The position numbers were made by a program, and so were the translations under genes. The notes beneath the pieces are model-generated. The model was given only the letters and a program-made list of their open reading frames with translations, made no database searches and was not told the origin of the DNA. Positions 44,447 to 55,383 of a stretch of 64,000 bases of DNA are shown in pieces; the first letter of the stretch is position 1, and every line of letters starts with the position of its first letter. The DNA is from Myxococcota bacterium. GTDB lineage: Bacteria > Myxococcota_A > UBA9160 > UBA4427. The stretch lies in the NCBI GenBank assembly GCA_965250285.1, contig OZ252299.1, forward strand, positions 5,984,001-6,048,000, in the 5' to 3' direction.

Positions 44447-45628
44447 ATGGACGCCCCGATCGACCCCGGCACCACCGACCCTGCTTCAATGGCTCGCTGT
44501 GAGGCATGGCTCGTGCTGCACCGGGCCCTGGCGTTCGAGCCCGAGCGCGCGAGCGCGCTGCTCGCCGTGCACGCCGACCCGGCCGAGGCCCTGGCGGCGG
44601 CCGGCGTGATCGCGGCGCTGAGCGGCCCCGAGGCGCGGCACGACCGCGACACGCTCGCGCGCGTGGGTGCGTCGGTCGTGCCCTCGACCCATGCGGCCTA
44701 TCCCGCCTCGCTGCGCCCGCTCGTCGACGCGCCCCCCGTGCTCTGCGTGCGCGGCGACGTCGGGGTGTTGCAGCGTCCGGCGGTCGCGATCGTCGGCGCT
44801 CGCGCAGCGACGGTGGAAGGCCTCGACACCGCCCAGGCGGTCGCATTCGAGCTCGCACGCCGCGGTCTCGTCATCGTCTCCGGCCTCGCGCGCGGGATCG
44901 ACGCGGCGGCCCATCGCGGCGCGCTCGAGGCCGGTGGCGAGACCGTCGCCGTGCAGGCGTGTGGGGCCGACCGCGTGTATCCCCCCGAGCATCGCGACCT
45001 CGCGCGCCGCATCGCCGGCCAGGGGGCGGTCGTGAGTGAGTTGCCGGTGGGGACGCCGCCGCGCGCGCCTCACTTTCCGCTGCGCAACCGTCTGATCAGC
45101 GGCCTCGCGCTCGCGGTGATCGTCGTCGAGGCGCGCCTGCGCAGTGGCTCGCTCGTGACCGCAGCGCACGCGCTCGCGCAGGGTCGAGAGGTGCTCGCGG
45201 TACCCGGGGCGCTGCGCGCGCCCACCAGCGAAGGACCCAACCGCCTGCTGCGCGACGGCGCCCGCCCGATGCTCGAAGCCGACGACGTGATCGACGCTCT
45301 GCCGCCCGGGTTGGCGTCGAGCCTGCAAGCCGATGCGGCGGAGCCGGTCGATGCGGCGGAGCCTCAAGCGTCGCCCGGCCGCGTCCTGTCGGCGCGCCCG
45401 CTGGACGCGCGCGACCGAGCGCTCGTCGCCGCGCTCGAGCGCTGCGCGCAGGGTCGAGACGGCCTGGTGCGGACGCTCGGCTGGACGGTATCGGAGGTCT
45501 CTGCGCGGCTGCTCTCGCTCGAGGTCGAAGGCCGCGTGGTTCAAGATCGCGACGGTCGCTTCAAGCCCCGCTCGGCGACGCGCCGGCGTCGCCGGGCCTC
45601 TGCACCGCGGGGCTCCGGGGCCGCGTAG
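44447..45628 (+). CDS. dprA: DNA-processing protein DprA
   Basis: VAIVGAR, IVSGLARGIDAAAH.GAL, FPLRNRLISG, EA..RSGSL.TA and a C-terminal winged helix. Confidence 0.96.
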   Translation: MDAPIDPGTTDPASMARCEAWLVLHRALAFEPERASALLAVHADPAEALAAAGVIAALSGPEARHDRDTLARVGASVVPSTHAAYPASLRPLVDAPPVLCVRGDVGVLQRPAVAIVGARAATVEGLDTAQAVAFELARRGLVIVSGLARGIDAAAHRGALEAGGETVAVQACGADRVYPPEHRDLARRIAGQGAVVSELPVGTPPRAPHFPLRNRLISGLALAVIVVEARLRSGSLVTAAHALAQGREVLAVPGALRAPTSEGPNRLLRDGARPMLEADDVIDALPPGLASSLQADAAEPVDAAEPQASPGRVLSARPLDARDRALVAALERCAQGRDGLVRTLGWTVSEVSARLLSLEVEGRVVQDRDGRFKPRSATRRRRRASAPRGSGAA

Positions 45629-45735
45629 GTCGCTCGAAGTCGGCTTCGCTATCGTCCCTGAGATCCCCCGTAGCGACGAAGCGCCCAACGCCGACCGAAG
45701 CGATGGTCGAGGGGGCGCGGCGCAGCGAGCCCAAC

Positions 45736-47112
45736 ATGACCGAACCCCGCGAAGCGCCGTCCGCTTCATCCGGTTCACCCCACGTCGTGGTCGTGGGCGC
45801 CGGTCTGGCCGGTTGCGAAGCAGCTCATCAGGCCACCCGGCTCGGTGCGCGCGTCACGCTCTACGAGATGAAGCCTGACCGTTACTCGCCGGCGCACACG
45901 TCGGATGATTTCGCCGAGCTCGTCTGCAGCAACAGCCTGCGGGCGAACACCATGGCCAATGCGGTCGGTTGCCTCAAGGAAGAGATGCGCCGGGTCGGCT
46001 CGCTGGTGCTCGAAGCAGCCGACGCGACGGCGGTCCCGGCCGGCAAGGCGCTCGCCGTCGACCGCACGGTCTTCTCTCGACACATCACCGACGCGATCGA
46101 GTCGAATCCGGCGATCGAGGTGCGGCGCGAGCTCGTCGAGTCGATCCCCGGCGATGCGAACGTCGTGCTCGCAACCGGCCCGCTGACCGCCCCCGAGATG
46201 GCGCGATCGCTGCAGAAGCTGATCGGCGACGAGTATCTCTACTTCTACGACGCGATCGCACCGACGGTGTATGCCGACTCGATCGATCACGAGGTGGTGT
46301 TTCGGGCCTCGCGCTGGGAAGAGGGCGAGGGCGACTACCTCAACGTTCCGCTCGACGACGCCGGGTATCGCGGCTTCGTCGACGCCCTGCTCGAGGCCGA
46401 GACGGTGCCGCTGCACGCCCACGAAGCCGCGATGTACTTCGAGGGCTGCCTGCCGATCGAGGAGATGGCCCGGCGCGGGCCGCAGACGCTCGCTTTCGGT
46501 CCGATGAAGCCGGTCGGTCTCGAAGATCCGCGCACCGGGCGTCAGCCTCATGCGGTCGTCCAGCTGCGGCAAGAGGACAAGGCCGGGGTGCTCTACAACC
46601 TCGTCGGTTTTCAGACCAAGATGCGCGTGAAGGAGCAGCAGCGGGTGTTTCGCAGCCTGCCCGGCCTCGAGAAGGCCGTCTTCGCCCGCTACGGCTCGGT
46701 GCATCGCAACACGTACATCAATGCGCCGAAGCGGCTGCGGCCTTCCCTCGAGCTCAAGGCCCGCGACGGCCTGTTCATCGCCGGGCAGATGGCGGGGGTT
46801 GAGGGCTATGTCGAGAGCGCCGCACTCGGCTTCATCGTGGGCGTGAACGCGGCGTGCCGCGCCCGCGGGATCGATGCGCCGATGGCGCCCCGAGAGTCGG
46901 CGCACGGCGCGTTGCTCGGTCACCTGATGGACGCGAGCCCGAAGCACTTTCAGCCGATGAACGTCAACTACGGGCTCTTTCCGCCGCTGCCGCGCGAAGC
47001 GCTCGGAGGCAAGCGCAAGCTGCCCAAGCGCGAGAAGAACAAGCTGCTCGCCGAGCGCGCCGTCAGGGCCGCCGAAGACTGGGCCTCGGCGCTCGCCGGA
47101 TGTCGCGCGTGA
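45736..47112 (+). CDS. trmFO: Folate-dependent tRNA (uracil-54)-methyltransferase TrmFO (Gid)
   Basis: VGAGLAGCEAA, AELVCSNSL, YFYDA, FEGCLPIE, GPMKPVGL, HRNTYIN and GVEGYVES. Confidence 0.97.
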   Translation: MTEPREAPSASSGSPHVVVVGAGLAGCEAAHQATRLGARVTLYEMKPDRYSPAHTSDDFAELVCSNSLRANTMANAVGCLKEEMRRVGSLVLEAADATAVPAGKALAVDRTVFSRHITDAIESNPAIEVRRELVESIPGDANVVLATGPLTAPEMARSLQKLIGDEYLYFYDAIAPTVYADSIDHEVVFRASRWEEGEGDYLNVPLDDAGYRGFVDALLEAETVPLHAHEAAMYFEGCLPIEEMARRGPQTLAFGPMKPVGLEDPRTGRQPHAVVQLRQEDKAGVLYNLVGFQTKMRVKEQQRVFRSLPGLEKAVFARYGSVHRNTYINAPKRLRPSLELKARDGLFIAGQMAGVEGYVESAALGFIVGVNAACRARGIDAPMAPRESAHGALLGHLMDASPKHFQPMNVNYGLFPPLPREALGGKRKLPKREKNKLLAERAVRAAEDWASALAGCRA

Positions 47113-47134
47113 AGCGGTCGAGGCGCGCCCTTCG

Positions 47135-48139
47135 ATGAGCGCCCGCAGCTGGAGCGACGCGATCGCTGCGTTCGAGCGGCACATGCGCAGCGAGCGCGGC
47201 TTCTCGGATCACACCCGCCGGGCGTACGTCGGCGACGTACGGGACCTGATGACGAGCCTGCCACCGGGTGCCGCGCCCGACGCCGTCGACGTCGACGACG
47301 TGCGCGCGTGGCTGGCTGCAGCCTACGGCGAGGCGGCGCCATCGACCCTCGGCCGGCGCCTCGCCGGCGCGCGCGCGTTCTTCCGTTTTCTGCAGACCGA
47401 AGGCGATCTGGCGCTCGACCCGACGGCCGGGTTGCCGGCGCCCAAACGGCCGAAGGGCGCGCCGAGCCCGCTCTCGGTGGACGACTGCTTCGCGCTCGCC
47501 GATGCCCTCGCGCGGATCCCGCTGCCGACGGCCGAGGCGGCGGCCGCCGACGCCAAGCTCGCGCGCGAGCGCCGCGCCGTGCTGCGCGACCGGGCGATCG
47601 TCGAGCTGCTCTATGGCGCCGGATTGCGCGTCGGCGAGCTGGTGGCGCTCGATTGCCGCGACATCGAGCTCGCCCGCGGCGAGGTGCGCGTGATGGGCAA
47701 GGGCCGCAAGGAGCGCGTGGTGCCGCTGCCTGAGATGGCCCGGCGCGCGCTCGACGAATGGCTCGAGGCGCGGCGACGACCGGGTGTCCTGGGCGAGCCG
47801 CTCTTCGTCTCGCTGCGGCCGCGCAAGGACGGCGAGCTGCGCCGCGTCGGCGCGCGCGACGTGCGTCGCATGCTCGCGCGGCGCGGCATCGAGAGTCACG
47901 TGCTCGACCATGTGCACCCGCATCGCCTGCGGCACAGCTACGCCACGCATCTGCTCGACATGGGCGCCGACCTGCGAGAGATCCAGGAGCTCCTCGGTCA
48001 TGCGAGCCTCTCGACCACGCAGAAGTACACGGCCGTCTCGGTCGAGCAGCTGCGTCAGGTCTACGATCGGGCCCACCCGCGGGCGCGACCGGCGGCGACG
48101 CGTGACGGCCGCGGTCGCGCGGCATCCAGACGAAGCTGA
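47135..48139 (+). CDS. xerC: Tyrosine recombinase XerC-like
   Basis: [32 protein letters not shown] and TTQKYT. Sits in the trmFO-xerC-hslV-hslU synteny. Confidence 0.9.
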   Translation: MSARSWSDAIAAFERHMRSERGFSDHTRRAYVGDVRDLMTSLPPGAAPDAVDVDDVRAWLAAAYGEAAPSTLGRRLAGARAFFRFLQTEGDLALDPTAGLPAPKRPKGAPSPLSVDDCFALADALARIPLPTAEAAAADAKLARERRAVLRDRAIVELLYGAGLRVGELVALDCRDIELARGEVRVMGKGRKERVVPLPEMARRALDEWLEARRRPGVLGEPLFVSLRPRKDGELRRVGARDVRRMLARRGIESHVLDHVHPHRLRHSYATHLLDMGADLREIQELLGHASLSTTQKYTAVSVEQLRQVYDRAHPRARPAATRDGRGRAASRRS

Positions 48140-48336
48140 GGATCGAGCGGCGTGCCTCGACCGCGCCGCGGGGCCGTCGCCGACGGGCCGGGCGCGCGGG
48201 GTCGCCGCCGACGCAGCGACCGGCTGCGTCGGCCGCGCGGCGCTCGGAGCGCCCTACACTGACGGGCCCGCGCGGCCGCGGCGCCGCGTCGTGTGCAGCC
48301 GGCCCGGAGGGCCGAGAGAGTGGAAGAGGAAGATCG

Positions 48337-48882
48337 ATGAGCGAAGAGCGCCGCACCCGTGCCACCACCGTCGTCGCGGTGGTGCGTGACGGCAAGCTGG
48401 CCATGGCCGCCGATGGCCAGGTGACCCTCGGTGAGATGGTGATGAAGCAGGGCGCCGAGAAGGTGCGCACCATCGGCAAGGGCAAGGCCGCGGTCGGGTT
48501 CGCCGGCGGCGTCGCCGACGCGCTCACCCTGCTCGAGCGACTCGAGTCGAAGTTCGAGACGTCGCCGGGCAACGTCCGTCGCGCCTGCGTCGAGCTCGCT
48601 CGTGACTGGCGCACCGATCGCGTGCTGCGCCGGCTCGAGGCGATGCTGCTCGTCGGCGATCCCGAGACGCTGCTCATGGTCTCGGGCAACGGCGACGTGA
48701 TCGAGCCCGACGACGGCGTCGCCGCGGTCGGCAGCGGAGGCGCCTACGCGCTCTCGGCAGCCCGGGCGCTGGTGGCCCACACCGACCTGCCACCCGAGGA
48801 CATCTGTCGCGAGGCGATGAAGATCGCCGCCGACATCTGCATCTACACCAATGATTCGATCAAGGTCGTCACCCTGCCTTAG
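48337..48882 (+). CDS. hslV: ATP-dependent protease peptidase subunit HslV
   Basis: TTVVAV, DGQVT, GFAG..ADA, WRTDR.LRRLEA and GSGG.YA. Confidence 0.97.
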   Translation: MSEERRTRATTVVAVVRDGKLAMAADGQVTLGEMVMKQGAEKVRTIGKGKAAVGFAGGVADALTLLERLESKFETSPGNVRRACVELARDWRTDRVLRRLEAMLLVGDPETLLMVSGNGDVIEPDDGVAAVGSGGAYALSAARALVAHTDLPPEDICREAMKIAADICIYTNDSIKVVTLP

Positions 48883-48900
48883 ATCGCGCGAGTCGCATCG

Positions 48901-50265
48901 ATGAGCAAGCAAGCCCTCCCCACGTTCACACCGCGCGAGATCGTCTCCGAGCTCGATCGTTACATCGTCGGCCAGCGCGAAGCGAAGCGCGCCGTGGCCG
49001 TGGCCCTGCGCAATCGCTGGCGCCGGCAGCAGGTGCCCGAAGAGCTGCGCGACGAGATCGCGCCGAAGAACATCATCATGATCGGCGCGACCGGTGTCGG
49101 GAAGACCGAGATCGCGCGTCGACTCGCGAAGCTCGCCCAGGCGCCCTTCATCAAGGTCGAAGCGTCGAAGTTCACCGAGGTCGGTTACGTCGGCCGCGAC
49201 GTCGAGTCGATCGTGCGCGACCTGACCGAGCTCGCCGTCGGCATGGTGACCGAGGAGCGAAAGCGCGCGGTGCGAAGTCAGGCCGAGGAGCAGGCCGAGG
49301 AGCGCCTGCTCGACGCGCTGCTGCCGCCGCCCGTGGCGGGGCCGCCGGGTCAGGTCGCCCAACCCGACGAGCCCGGCTCGACCGAGACGCGAGAGAAGCT
49401 GCGCAAGCTGCTGCGCGATGGCGCCCTCGACGAACGTGAGATCGACGTCGACCTGTCCGACGAGGGCGGGGGGCCCTCGCTGTCGATCATGACGCCCCAG
49501 GGCGTCGAAGAGATGGGCGTGCAGTTCAAGGATCTGCTCGGCGGCATGATGCCCGACAAGACGCGCAGTCGGCGCATGCAGGTCGGCGCGGCGCGCGAGG
49601 CGTTGATCGGCGAAGAGGCCGGTCGGCTCGTCGACGCCGAAGAGGTGCGCGAGCTGGCCGTCGAGCGCGTCGAGCAGACCGGCATCGTCTTCGTGGACGA
49701 GATCGACAAGGTCGCCGCCGGCTCGGGCGGCCGGCAGGGGCCCGATGTCTCCCGCGAGGGCGTGCAGCGTGACCTGCTGCCCATCGTCGAAGGCTCGACG
49801 GTGCAGACCAAGCACGGCCCGGTGAGCACCGACCACATCCTCTTCATCGCGGCCGGGGCCTTCCACGTGGCCAAGCCGAGCGATCTCATCCCCGAGCTCC
49901 AGGGCCGGTTCCCGATCCGGGTCGAGCTGCAGAGCCTCTCGCGCGACGACCTCGTGCGGATCCTCGTCGAGCCGAAGAACTCGCTCGTGCGCCAGTACAC
50001 GGCGCTGATGGAGACCGAGTCGATCGCGCTCGAATTCAAGGACGATGCGGTCGAGCGCATCGCCGACATCGGCGCGGCCGTCAACGATCGCAGCGCCGAC
50101 ATCGGCGCCCGCCGTCTGCACACGATCATGGAGCGGCTCCTCGAGGAGCTGTCCTTCGATGCGCCCGACCTGGGCGGCCGCTCGGTGGTGGTCGATCGCG
50201 CGATGGTCGACCAGCGCCTCGCCGACCTCGTCGACGACAGCGATCTGGCTCAGTACATCCTCTAG
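48901..50265 (+). CDS. hslU: ATP-dependent protease ATPase subunit HslU
   Basis: [38 protein letters not shown] and GARRLHT. Confidence 0.97.
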   Translation: MSKQALPTFTPREIVSELDRYIVGQREAKRAVAVALRNRWRRQQVPEELRDEIAPKNIIMIGATGVGKTEIARRLAKLAQAPFIKVEASKFTEVGYVGRDVESIVRDLTELAVGMVTEERKRAVRSQAEEQAEERLLDALLPPPVAGPPGQVAQPDEPGSTETREKLRKLLRDGALDEREIDVDLSDEGGGPSLSIMTPQGVEEMGVQFKDLLGGMMPDKTRSRRMQVGAAREALIGEEAGRLVDAEEVRELAVERVEQTGIVFVDEIDKVAAGSGGRQGPDVSREGVQRDLLPIVEGSTVQTKHGPVSTDHILFIAAGAFHVAKPSDLIPELQGRFPIRVELQSLSRDDLVRILVEPKNSLVRQYTALMETESIALEFKDDAVERIADIGAAVNDRSADIGARRLHTIMERLLEELSFDAPDLGGRSVVVDRAMVDQRLADLVDDSDLAQYIL

Positions 50266-50368
50266 CGGCGCGGTCCCGTCTCGCCCGATTGGGTCGGCCG
50301 CCCCACATCGGGGGCGCGCCGCCGGGGGGCCCTGCGCTACTTGTCCGTGCGAGCTGCGGGGGGCTGCC

Positions 50369-51925
50369 ATGACCGAACCGGCGCGGGTGCTGATCGTCGA
50401 CGACGAGCTCTTCTTTCGAGAAGCGATCTCGGACGTCCTCGGCGCCGAGGGCTTTCAGTGCGTCGTCGCCGAGACCGGCGAAGAGGCGCTCGAGCAGATC
50501 ACCGACCCGAGCCTCGGCGTCGTGGTGCTCGACATTCGCCTGCCCGACATCGATGGCATTCAGGTGCTCGCGCGCATTCGCGAGCTTCGCCCCTCGCTGC
50601 GCGTGATCATGCTCTCGGCCTCGACCGATCAGGATCTCGTGCTCGAAGCCCTGCGCCTCGGCGCGTGCGACTACCTGGCGAAGCCGCTCCACGAAGAGGA
50701 GCTGATGCTCTCGGTGCGCCGGGCGCTCGAGTCGTACGCCGTCGCCCACGACTGGACGGTGCTGCGTGAGCGCCTCGACAAGCTCGCCGCGGCCACCCAG
50801 AGCCTGGCGCAAGAGGTGGCACCCCTGAGCGGCCCCGACCGACTCGACGCCGTGTACGAGGGCGCCGTGCAGGTCGTCGAGGAGGTGCTCGAGGCGAAGC
50901 GTACGTCGCTCATGATCTTCGACGAGTCGGGCGACGTGCTCGAGGTCGTCGCGGCCCGCGGCCACGCCACGCCGATCGAACGCCTCGAGACGGTCGCGCC
51001 AGGGGAGGGCGTGGCGGGCGTCGTCGTGCAGCGCGGCGAAGCGCTCGTCGTTCGCGACGTGACGACCGATCCCCTCTTTGCCGGACAGACGATGGACGAG
51101 CGCTACGCGTCGCCGTCGTTCGCCGTCGCCCCGCTGCTCGAGCGCGACGAGCCGATCGGCGTCGTCTGCGCCACGGACCGCTCCGCCGGGGGCGCGTTCG
51201 GCGACGACGACCTCGCCATCCTCCGCATTCTGGCGCTCCAGCTGACCGAGCTCGTCATGGCGCGACCCGTCGCGGACGACACCGTGACGGTCGGGGGCGT
51301 GGTCGACCTCGATGAGAGCGGCGAAGTGGCCGTGGTCGTCGACCAGGCGGAGGCCCCGCCCAAGTCGGAGGACGACCTCGAAGAGCTCGACCGCGACGCC
51401 GAGCTCGCCCGGGTCGTGTGTCAGGCCGTGATCGACGAGATCGAGCCCTCGCGGGTCGTGCGCGCCGCGCTTCAACCGATCGTCGGTCTGCTGCCCGCGG
51501 CGCCGGTCGCGATCCACCTGCTCGATGCCGCGAGTGGCCGGTTGCACCAGGAGGGCGAGTGCGACGGCAGCGTGGGCAGCGATCGCATCGAGCTCGACGC
51601 CGAGAAGGGGCTCACCGGCCTCGTCGTGCAGACCGGTCACATGATCGTGACGCCCGAGCCCGAGCTCGACCCGCGCTTTGACGCGGGCAACGACACGCCC
51701 GAATCGGGCCTGCCGCGCCCGATGATGTGTCTGCCGATCTCGTTCCGCGGCAAGGTGGTCGGGGTGTTCCGCGCGTTCTTGCCGGAGGACGGGTCGCCGT
51801 CGGCCCGCACGGGCGAGGTGCTCTCGGCGGCGCTTTCGGCCGTCATGCGCAACGTGTTGCTGTATCGCAGCCTCGTCGAGAGCATCGAGGAGGTCGCGGA
51901 GGCGCGGCGCGAGGCGCGGCGCTAA
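50369..51925 (+). CDS. Response regulator with REC + two GAF domains and no recognisable output domain
   Basis: REC (IVDDE, LDIRLPD, MLS, KP); GAF1 (SLMIFD...GEGVAG.V...D.LF...APL...IGV...F..DDL); GAF2 (GLTG.V...DPRF...MCLPI...GV). Start at ATG 50369. Confidence 0.85.
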   Translation: MTEPARVLIVDDELFFREAISDVLGAEGFQCVVAETGEEALEQITDPSLGVVVLDIRLPDIDGIQVLARIRELRPSLRVIMLSASTDQDLVLEALRLGACDYLAKPLHEEELMLSVRRALESYAVAHDWTVLRERLDKLAAATQSLAQEVAPLSGPDRLDAVYEGAVQVVEEVLEAKRTSLMIFDESGDVLEVVAARGHATPIERLETVAPGEGVAGVVVQRGEALVVRDVTTDPLFAGQTMDERYASPSFAVAPLLERDEPIGVVCATDRSAGGAFGDDDLAILRILALQLTELVMARPVADDTVTVGGVVDLDESGEVAVVVDQAEAPPKSEDDLEELDRDAELARVVCQAVIDEIEPSRVVRAALQPIVGLLPAAPVAIHLLDAASGRLHQEGECDGSVGSDRIELDAEKGLTGLVVQTGHMIVTPEPELDPRFDAGNDTPESGLPRPMMCLPISFRGKVVGVFRAFLPEDGSPSARTGEVLSAALSAVMRNVLLYRSLVESIEEVAEARREARR

Positions 51926-52028
51926 GTTCCCGCCCCTTCGGGCGCCGCCGCTGCGCCGGATCCACTGCGCAGCGAACCGCCCCGGTCACGCCCCGCGGCG
52001 TGGCCCTCCATCCCCCATCGGAGAGCCG

Positions 52029-52883
52029 ATGCAGTCGCTCGTCGACAAGGCCAAGGTATTGATCGAGGCGCTGCCGTACATGCGGCGCTTCGTCGACAAG
52101 ACCGTCGTCATCAAGTACGGCGGCAATGCGATGATCGACGACGAGCTGCGCAGCTCGTTCGCCGTCGATGTCGTGCTGCTCAAGTTCATCGGTGTGCGCC
52201 CGGTGATCGTGCACGGCGGCGGGCCGCAGATCGGTCGCACGCTCGAGCGCCTCGGGAAGGAGTCGACCTTCGTCGATGGTCGCCGCGTGACCGACGACGA
52301 GACGATGGAGGTCGTCGAGATGGTGCTCGGCGGCACGCTGAATCGAGAGATCGTCGAGCTGATCAACCAGGGCGGTGGCCGCGCCGTCGGTCTGACGGGC
52401 AGCGATGGCGCGATGATCCGCGTGCGCAAGCGCCTGCCGGGTGGCAAGGACATCGGCCGGGTCGGCGAGGTCATCGACGTGGATCCGCGCGTCGCGACGG
52501 CCGTCGCCGACGCGGGCTTCATCCCCGTCGTCGCGCCGATCGGCGCCGACGAGAACGGGCTCACCTACAACGTCAACGCCGACGAGGCCGCCGGCGCGCT
52601 CGCGCGTGCGCTCGGCGCCGAGAAGCTGATGCTACTCACCGACGTCGAGGGGGTGAAGGGCAGCGACGGTGCGGTGCGCAGCCAGATCACCGCCGGCGGC
52701 GTGCGCGAGATGATGGAAGAAGGCGTGATTCGCGACGGGATGATCCCGAAGGTCGAGTGCTGCCTCGATGCACTGATCGGCGGTGTCGCCCGCACGCACA
52801 TCATCGACGGTCGTGTCCTGCACGCCGTTCTGCTCGAGATCTTCACCGACGACGCCGGCGTCGGCACGCTGATCGTGCCCTGA
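52029..52883 (+). CDS. argB: Acetylglutamate kinase
   Basis: [25 protein letters not shown] and GMIPKV. Confidence 0.97.
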   Translation: MQSLVDKAKVLIEALPYMRRFVDKTVVIKYGGNAMIDDELRSSFAVDVVLLKFIGVRPVIVHGGGPQIGRTLERLGKESTFVDGRRVTDDETMEVVEMVLGGTLNREIVELINQGGGRAVGLTGSDGAMIRVRKRLPGGKDIGRVGEVIDVDPRVATAVADAGFIPVVAPIGADENGLTYNVNADEAAGALARALGAEKLMLLTDVEGVKGSDGAVRSQITAGGVREMMEEGVIRDGMIPKVECCLDALIGGVARTHIIDGRVLHAVLLEIFTDDAGVGTLIVP

Positions 52884-52910
52884 ACCCTGTCGGATCACCG
52901 AGGAACACCC

Positions 52911-53843
52911 ATGCCCAAGGATTTCATCTCGCTCGCCGACTGGTCGCCCGACGAGATTCACGAGCTGCACGCCCGGGCACAGCAGCTGCGCCGCCTTCAG
53001 CAGGACGGCGAGCGGCCGCGCACGCTCCAGGGCCGAATTCTCGCGATGTACTTCGAGAAGCCGAGCCTGCGCACGCACGTGACCTTCGAGGCCGGCATCG
53101 CTCAGCTCGGCGGCCACGCGATTCTGCTGCGCCCCGAGCAGGTCGGCATCGGCACGCGCGAGAGCCCGCGCGACGTGGCGCTCAATCTCTCGCGCTGGGT
53201 CGACGCGCTGATGGCGCGCACGTTCAGCCACTCGCTGGTCGAGCAGCTCGCCGAAGAGGCGACGATCCCGGTGATCAACGGCCTCACCGACTTCCTGCAT
53301 CCGTGTCAGGCGATGGCCGATCTGCAGACGATCGCGAGCTTGATACCGCCGAGCGAGGCGACGCTGGTCTACGTCGGCGATGGCAACAACGTCGCCAACA
53401 GCCTGATGATGCTCGCGGCGAAGGTCGGCATGTGCATGCGCGTCGCGACGCCGAAGTCGCACCCGCCGGCGGCCCGGGTCCGGCGGATGGCCGAAGAGGT
53501 CGCGGCCGAGACCGGTGCCGAGATCAGCTGGACGGAAGATCCCCATCAGGCCGTGAAGGGGGCCGACTTCGTCTACACCGACACCTGGACCAGCATGGGC
53601 CAGGAAGACGAGGCCGAAGAGCGGCGGCGCATCTTCGCCGACTATCAGGTGAATGATGCGCTCCTCGAGAGCGCGCCCAAGGCCCGCGTGATGCACTGCC
53701 TGCCCGCTCACCGCGGCGAGGAGATCACGAGCGATCTGCTCGACGGTGACCGGAGCCTGATCTACGAGCAGGCCGAGAACCGGCTCCACGCCCAGAAGGC
53801 GATCATGGAGCGACTCATCGTCGGCCAGCCGCATCACGCCTAG
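52911..53843 (+). CDS. argF: Ornithine carbamoyltransferase
   Basis: FEKPSLRT, HPCQ, GDGNNV, TDTWTSMG, HCLPAHRGEE and QAENR. Confidence 0.95.
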   Translation: MPKDFISLADWSPDEIHELHARAQQLRRLQQDGERPRTLQGRILAMYFEKPSLRTHVTFEAGIAQLGGHAILLRPEQVGIGTRESPRDVALNLSRWVDALMARTFSHSLVEQLAEEATIPVINGLTDFLHPCQAMADLQTIASLIPPSEATLVYVGDGNNVANSLMMLAAKVGMCMRVATPKSHPPAARVRRMAEEVAAETGAEISWTEDPHQAVKGADFVYTDTWTSMGQEDEAEERRRIFADYQVNDALLESAPKARVMHCLPAHRGEEITSDLLDGDRSLIYEQAENRLHAQKAIMERLIVGQPHHA

Positions 53844-53973
53844 CTGCCCCGAGGGGGCTCGCCTGGGCGTGCTCCATCGCGCCCGCATCCCCGCCCGCGG
53901 GCCCGCTCGCGCTGCGTCGACGCGCCGTGCTTTCTCGGCATCTGGCCTGCCAGCTCTCCCTGCCAAAATCATG

Positions 53974-53989
53974 TGTGGATAACCTCACA
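53974..53989. promoter_or_regulatory. CRP-type box (TGTGG-N6-TCACA) overlapping a perfect DnaA-box 9-mer (TGTGGATAA)
   Basis: Sequence TGTGGATAACCTCACA in an AT-rich patch about 130 bp upstream of the J-domain gene. It is 9/10 to TGTGA-N6-TCACA, and 53974-53982 is the reverse complement of TTATCCACA. Confidence 0.55.
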
Positions 53990-54111
53990 CTTGAGAATCG
54001 AGACCGGGCAGAACGTCTCCGAATCGTTCGTGCCGCCTCAGCTTTCGACTCTCGCGCTCCGATGAAGGGAGAGGCGAGTCGGCCGTGTGGGCCGGCTCGA
54101 ACGGAGGCGGT

Positions 54112-55383
54112 ATGAGCAGCGACGGAAGCGGAGGCAGCGATCTCGATCGCATCCTGCGTCTCGCGGACGGGGTCGACCCGACGTCGCTGGCTCTGTCCGC
54201 CGCGGAGGGGTACTTGCTCTCTCGCATCGACGGACATACGCCGTGGCGCGTGCTGCGCGACATGGGTGCGGTCGATCCCGACGAGGCCGACCTCGTGATG
54301 GAGGGTTGGCTCGCGACGGGCACCGTCGAGGTCGCCGGCCACGCCGCGCGACCGAAGCAGGACCGTCTCGCGAGCCGTGCGCGCGAAGTCGTGTGCGAGC
54401 CGAAGCCGACCGGCGACCCGAGTGATGCCGTGCGCAACGATCTCGATCTCGAGCCCGACGTGCAGCTGCGCATCCTCGAGTTCGAAGCTCGGCTCGGCGA
54501 GAGTGACCACGAGCTGCTCGGCGTCGGCCCGGCTGCCGAGTCGAAGGAGGTCAAGAAGGCCTACTTCCGCCTCTCGAAAGAGTTTCATCCCGACCGCTTC
54601 TTCCGCCGCGACATCGGCGACTTCAAGCAGCGCCTCGACCGCATCTTCAAGCGCATCGCCGATGCGTACGAGCACCTCACGAACCCCGACGCGGCGCAAG
54701 CCGACGCCGCCGATGGAGCGAGCGCAGCGCCCGACACCGCGCGCGTCGAAGAAGACGCGCCCGGCAACGAGCGACTGCGACTGCTCAAGCAGCGCATGCC
54801 GTTCAAGATGGATGGCGAGGTGCCGGAAGAGCGACGGGAGCAGGCCGAAGAGATCTTCAAGGCCGTGATCTCTGCCGAACGCATGGGTCGCATCACCGAG
54901 GCGCTCTCACAGGTTCGTCTCGCGCTCTCGTTCGACCCGCGAAACCGCGAATACAACGAGAAGCTCACCGAGCTGAAGGGCCGCTACGCCGAGGTGCGCT
55001 GCGACGAGCTGCTCGACGACATGCGTGGCCTCGACCGCATGGCCGAGGCCGAGCTCGAAGAGGTGGCCGACCTGCTGAACGAGCTCATCGAGCTGAACGA
55101 TCAGGACGCGAGTCTGCACTGGAAGGCGGCCGAAGTGGCCCTTGCCGCCCAGCAGCTCGACGATGCGACGAAATCGGTGGGGACGGCGCTCGAGCTCGAG
55201 CCCGACGTGGCCCGCCACCACGTGACCCGAGGAATCATCCACAGGAAGTGCGGAGAGATGGGGCACGCGAAGAAGGAATTCGCCCGCGCTCTCGAGCTGG
55301 ATCCACATGACGATCGCGCCAAGGAGTACATGGCGGCGATCCGACCGGGTCGGCCGAGTGCCAATGGGGGAGGCAAGCGATGA
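54112..55383 (+). CDS. J-domain protein with N-terminal winged-helix-like domain and C-terminal TPRs
   Basis: GGAGG RBS; HELLGV...[18 protein letters not shown]...F..I.DAYE.L (J domain with HPD); TPR-like helices ending ALELDP. Confidence 0.9.
   Translation: MSSDGSGGSDLDRILRLADGVDPTSLALSAAEGYLLSRIDGHTPWRVLRDMGAVDPDEADLVMEGWLATGTVEVAGHAARPKQDRLASRAREVVCEPKPTGDPSDAVRNDLDLEPDVQLRILEFEARLGESDHELLGVGPAAESKEVKKAYFRLSKEFHPDRFFRRDIGDFKQRLDRIFKRIADAYEHLTNPDAAQADAADGASAAPDTARVEEDAPGNERLRLLKQRMPFKMDGEVPEERREQAEEIFKAVISAERMGRITEALSQVRLALSFDPRNREYNEKLTELKGRYAEVRCDELLDDMRGLDRMAEAELEEVADLLNELIELNDQDASLHWKAAEVALAAQQLDDATKSVGTALELEPDVARHHVTRGIIHRKCGEMGHAKKEFARALELDPHDDRAKEYMAAIRPGRPSANGGGKR

Noticed and set aside
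42879..45363. Short 18-nt in-frame tandem repeats in the LysM protein (AEPPAQ/AELPAQ) and DprA (DAAEP x2) linkers
   Set aside because: Ordinary low-complexity linker expansions.
47135..48139. Tyrosine recombinase as a phage or island integrase
   Set aside because: It sits in the housekeeping trmFO-xerC-hslVU synteny, with no att repeats, tRNA or cargo genes.
52911..53843. SLRT instead of STRT, suggesting an N-acetyl- or N-succinyl-ornithine transcarbamylase
   Set aside because: The DxxxSMG loop and HCLPAHRGEE of ordinary ornithine carbamoyltransferases are intact.
53844..54111. Replication origin
   Set aside because: Only one DnaA box, no box cluster or unwinding element, and no dnaA/dnaN/gidA context.
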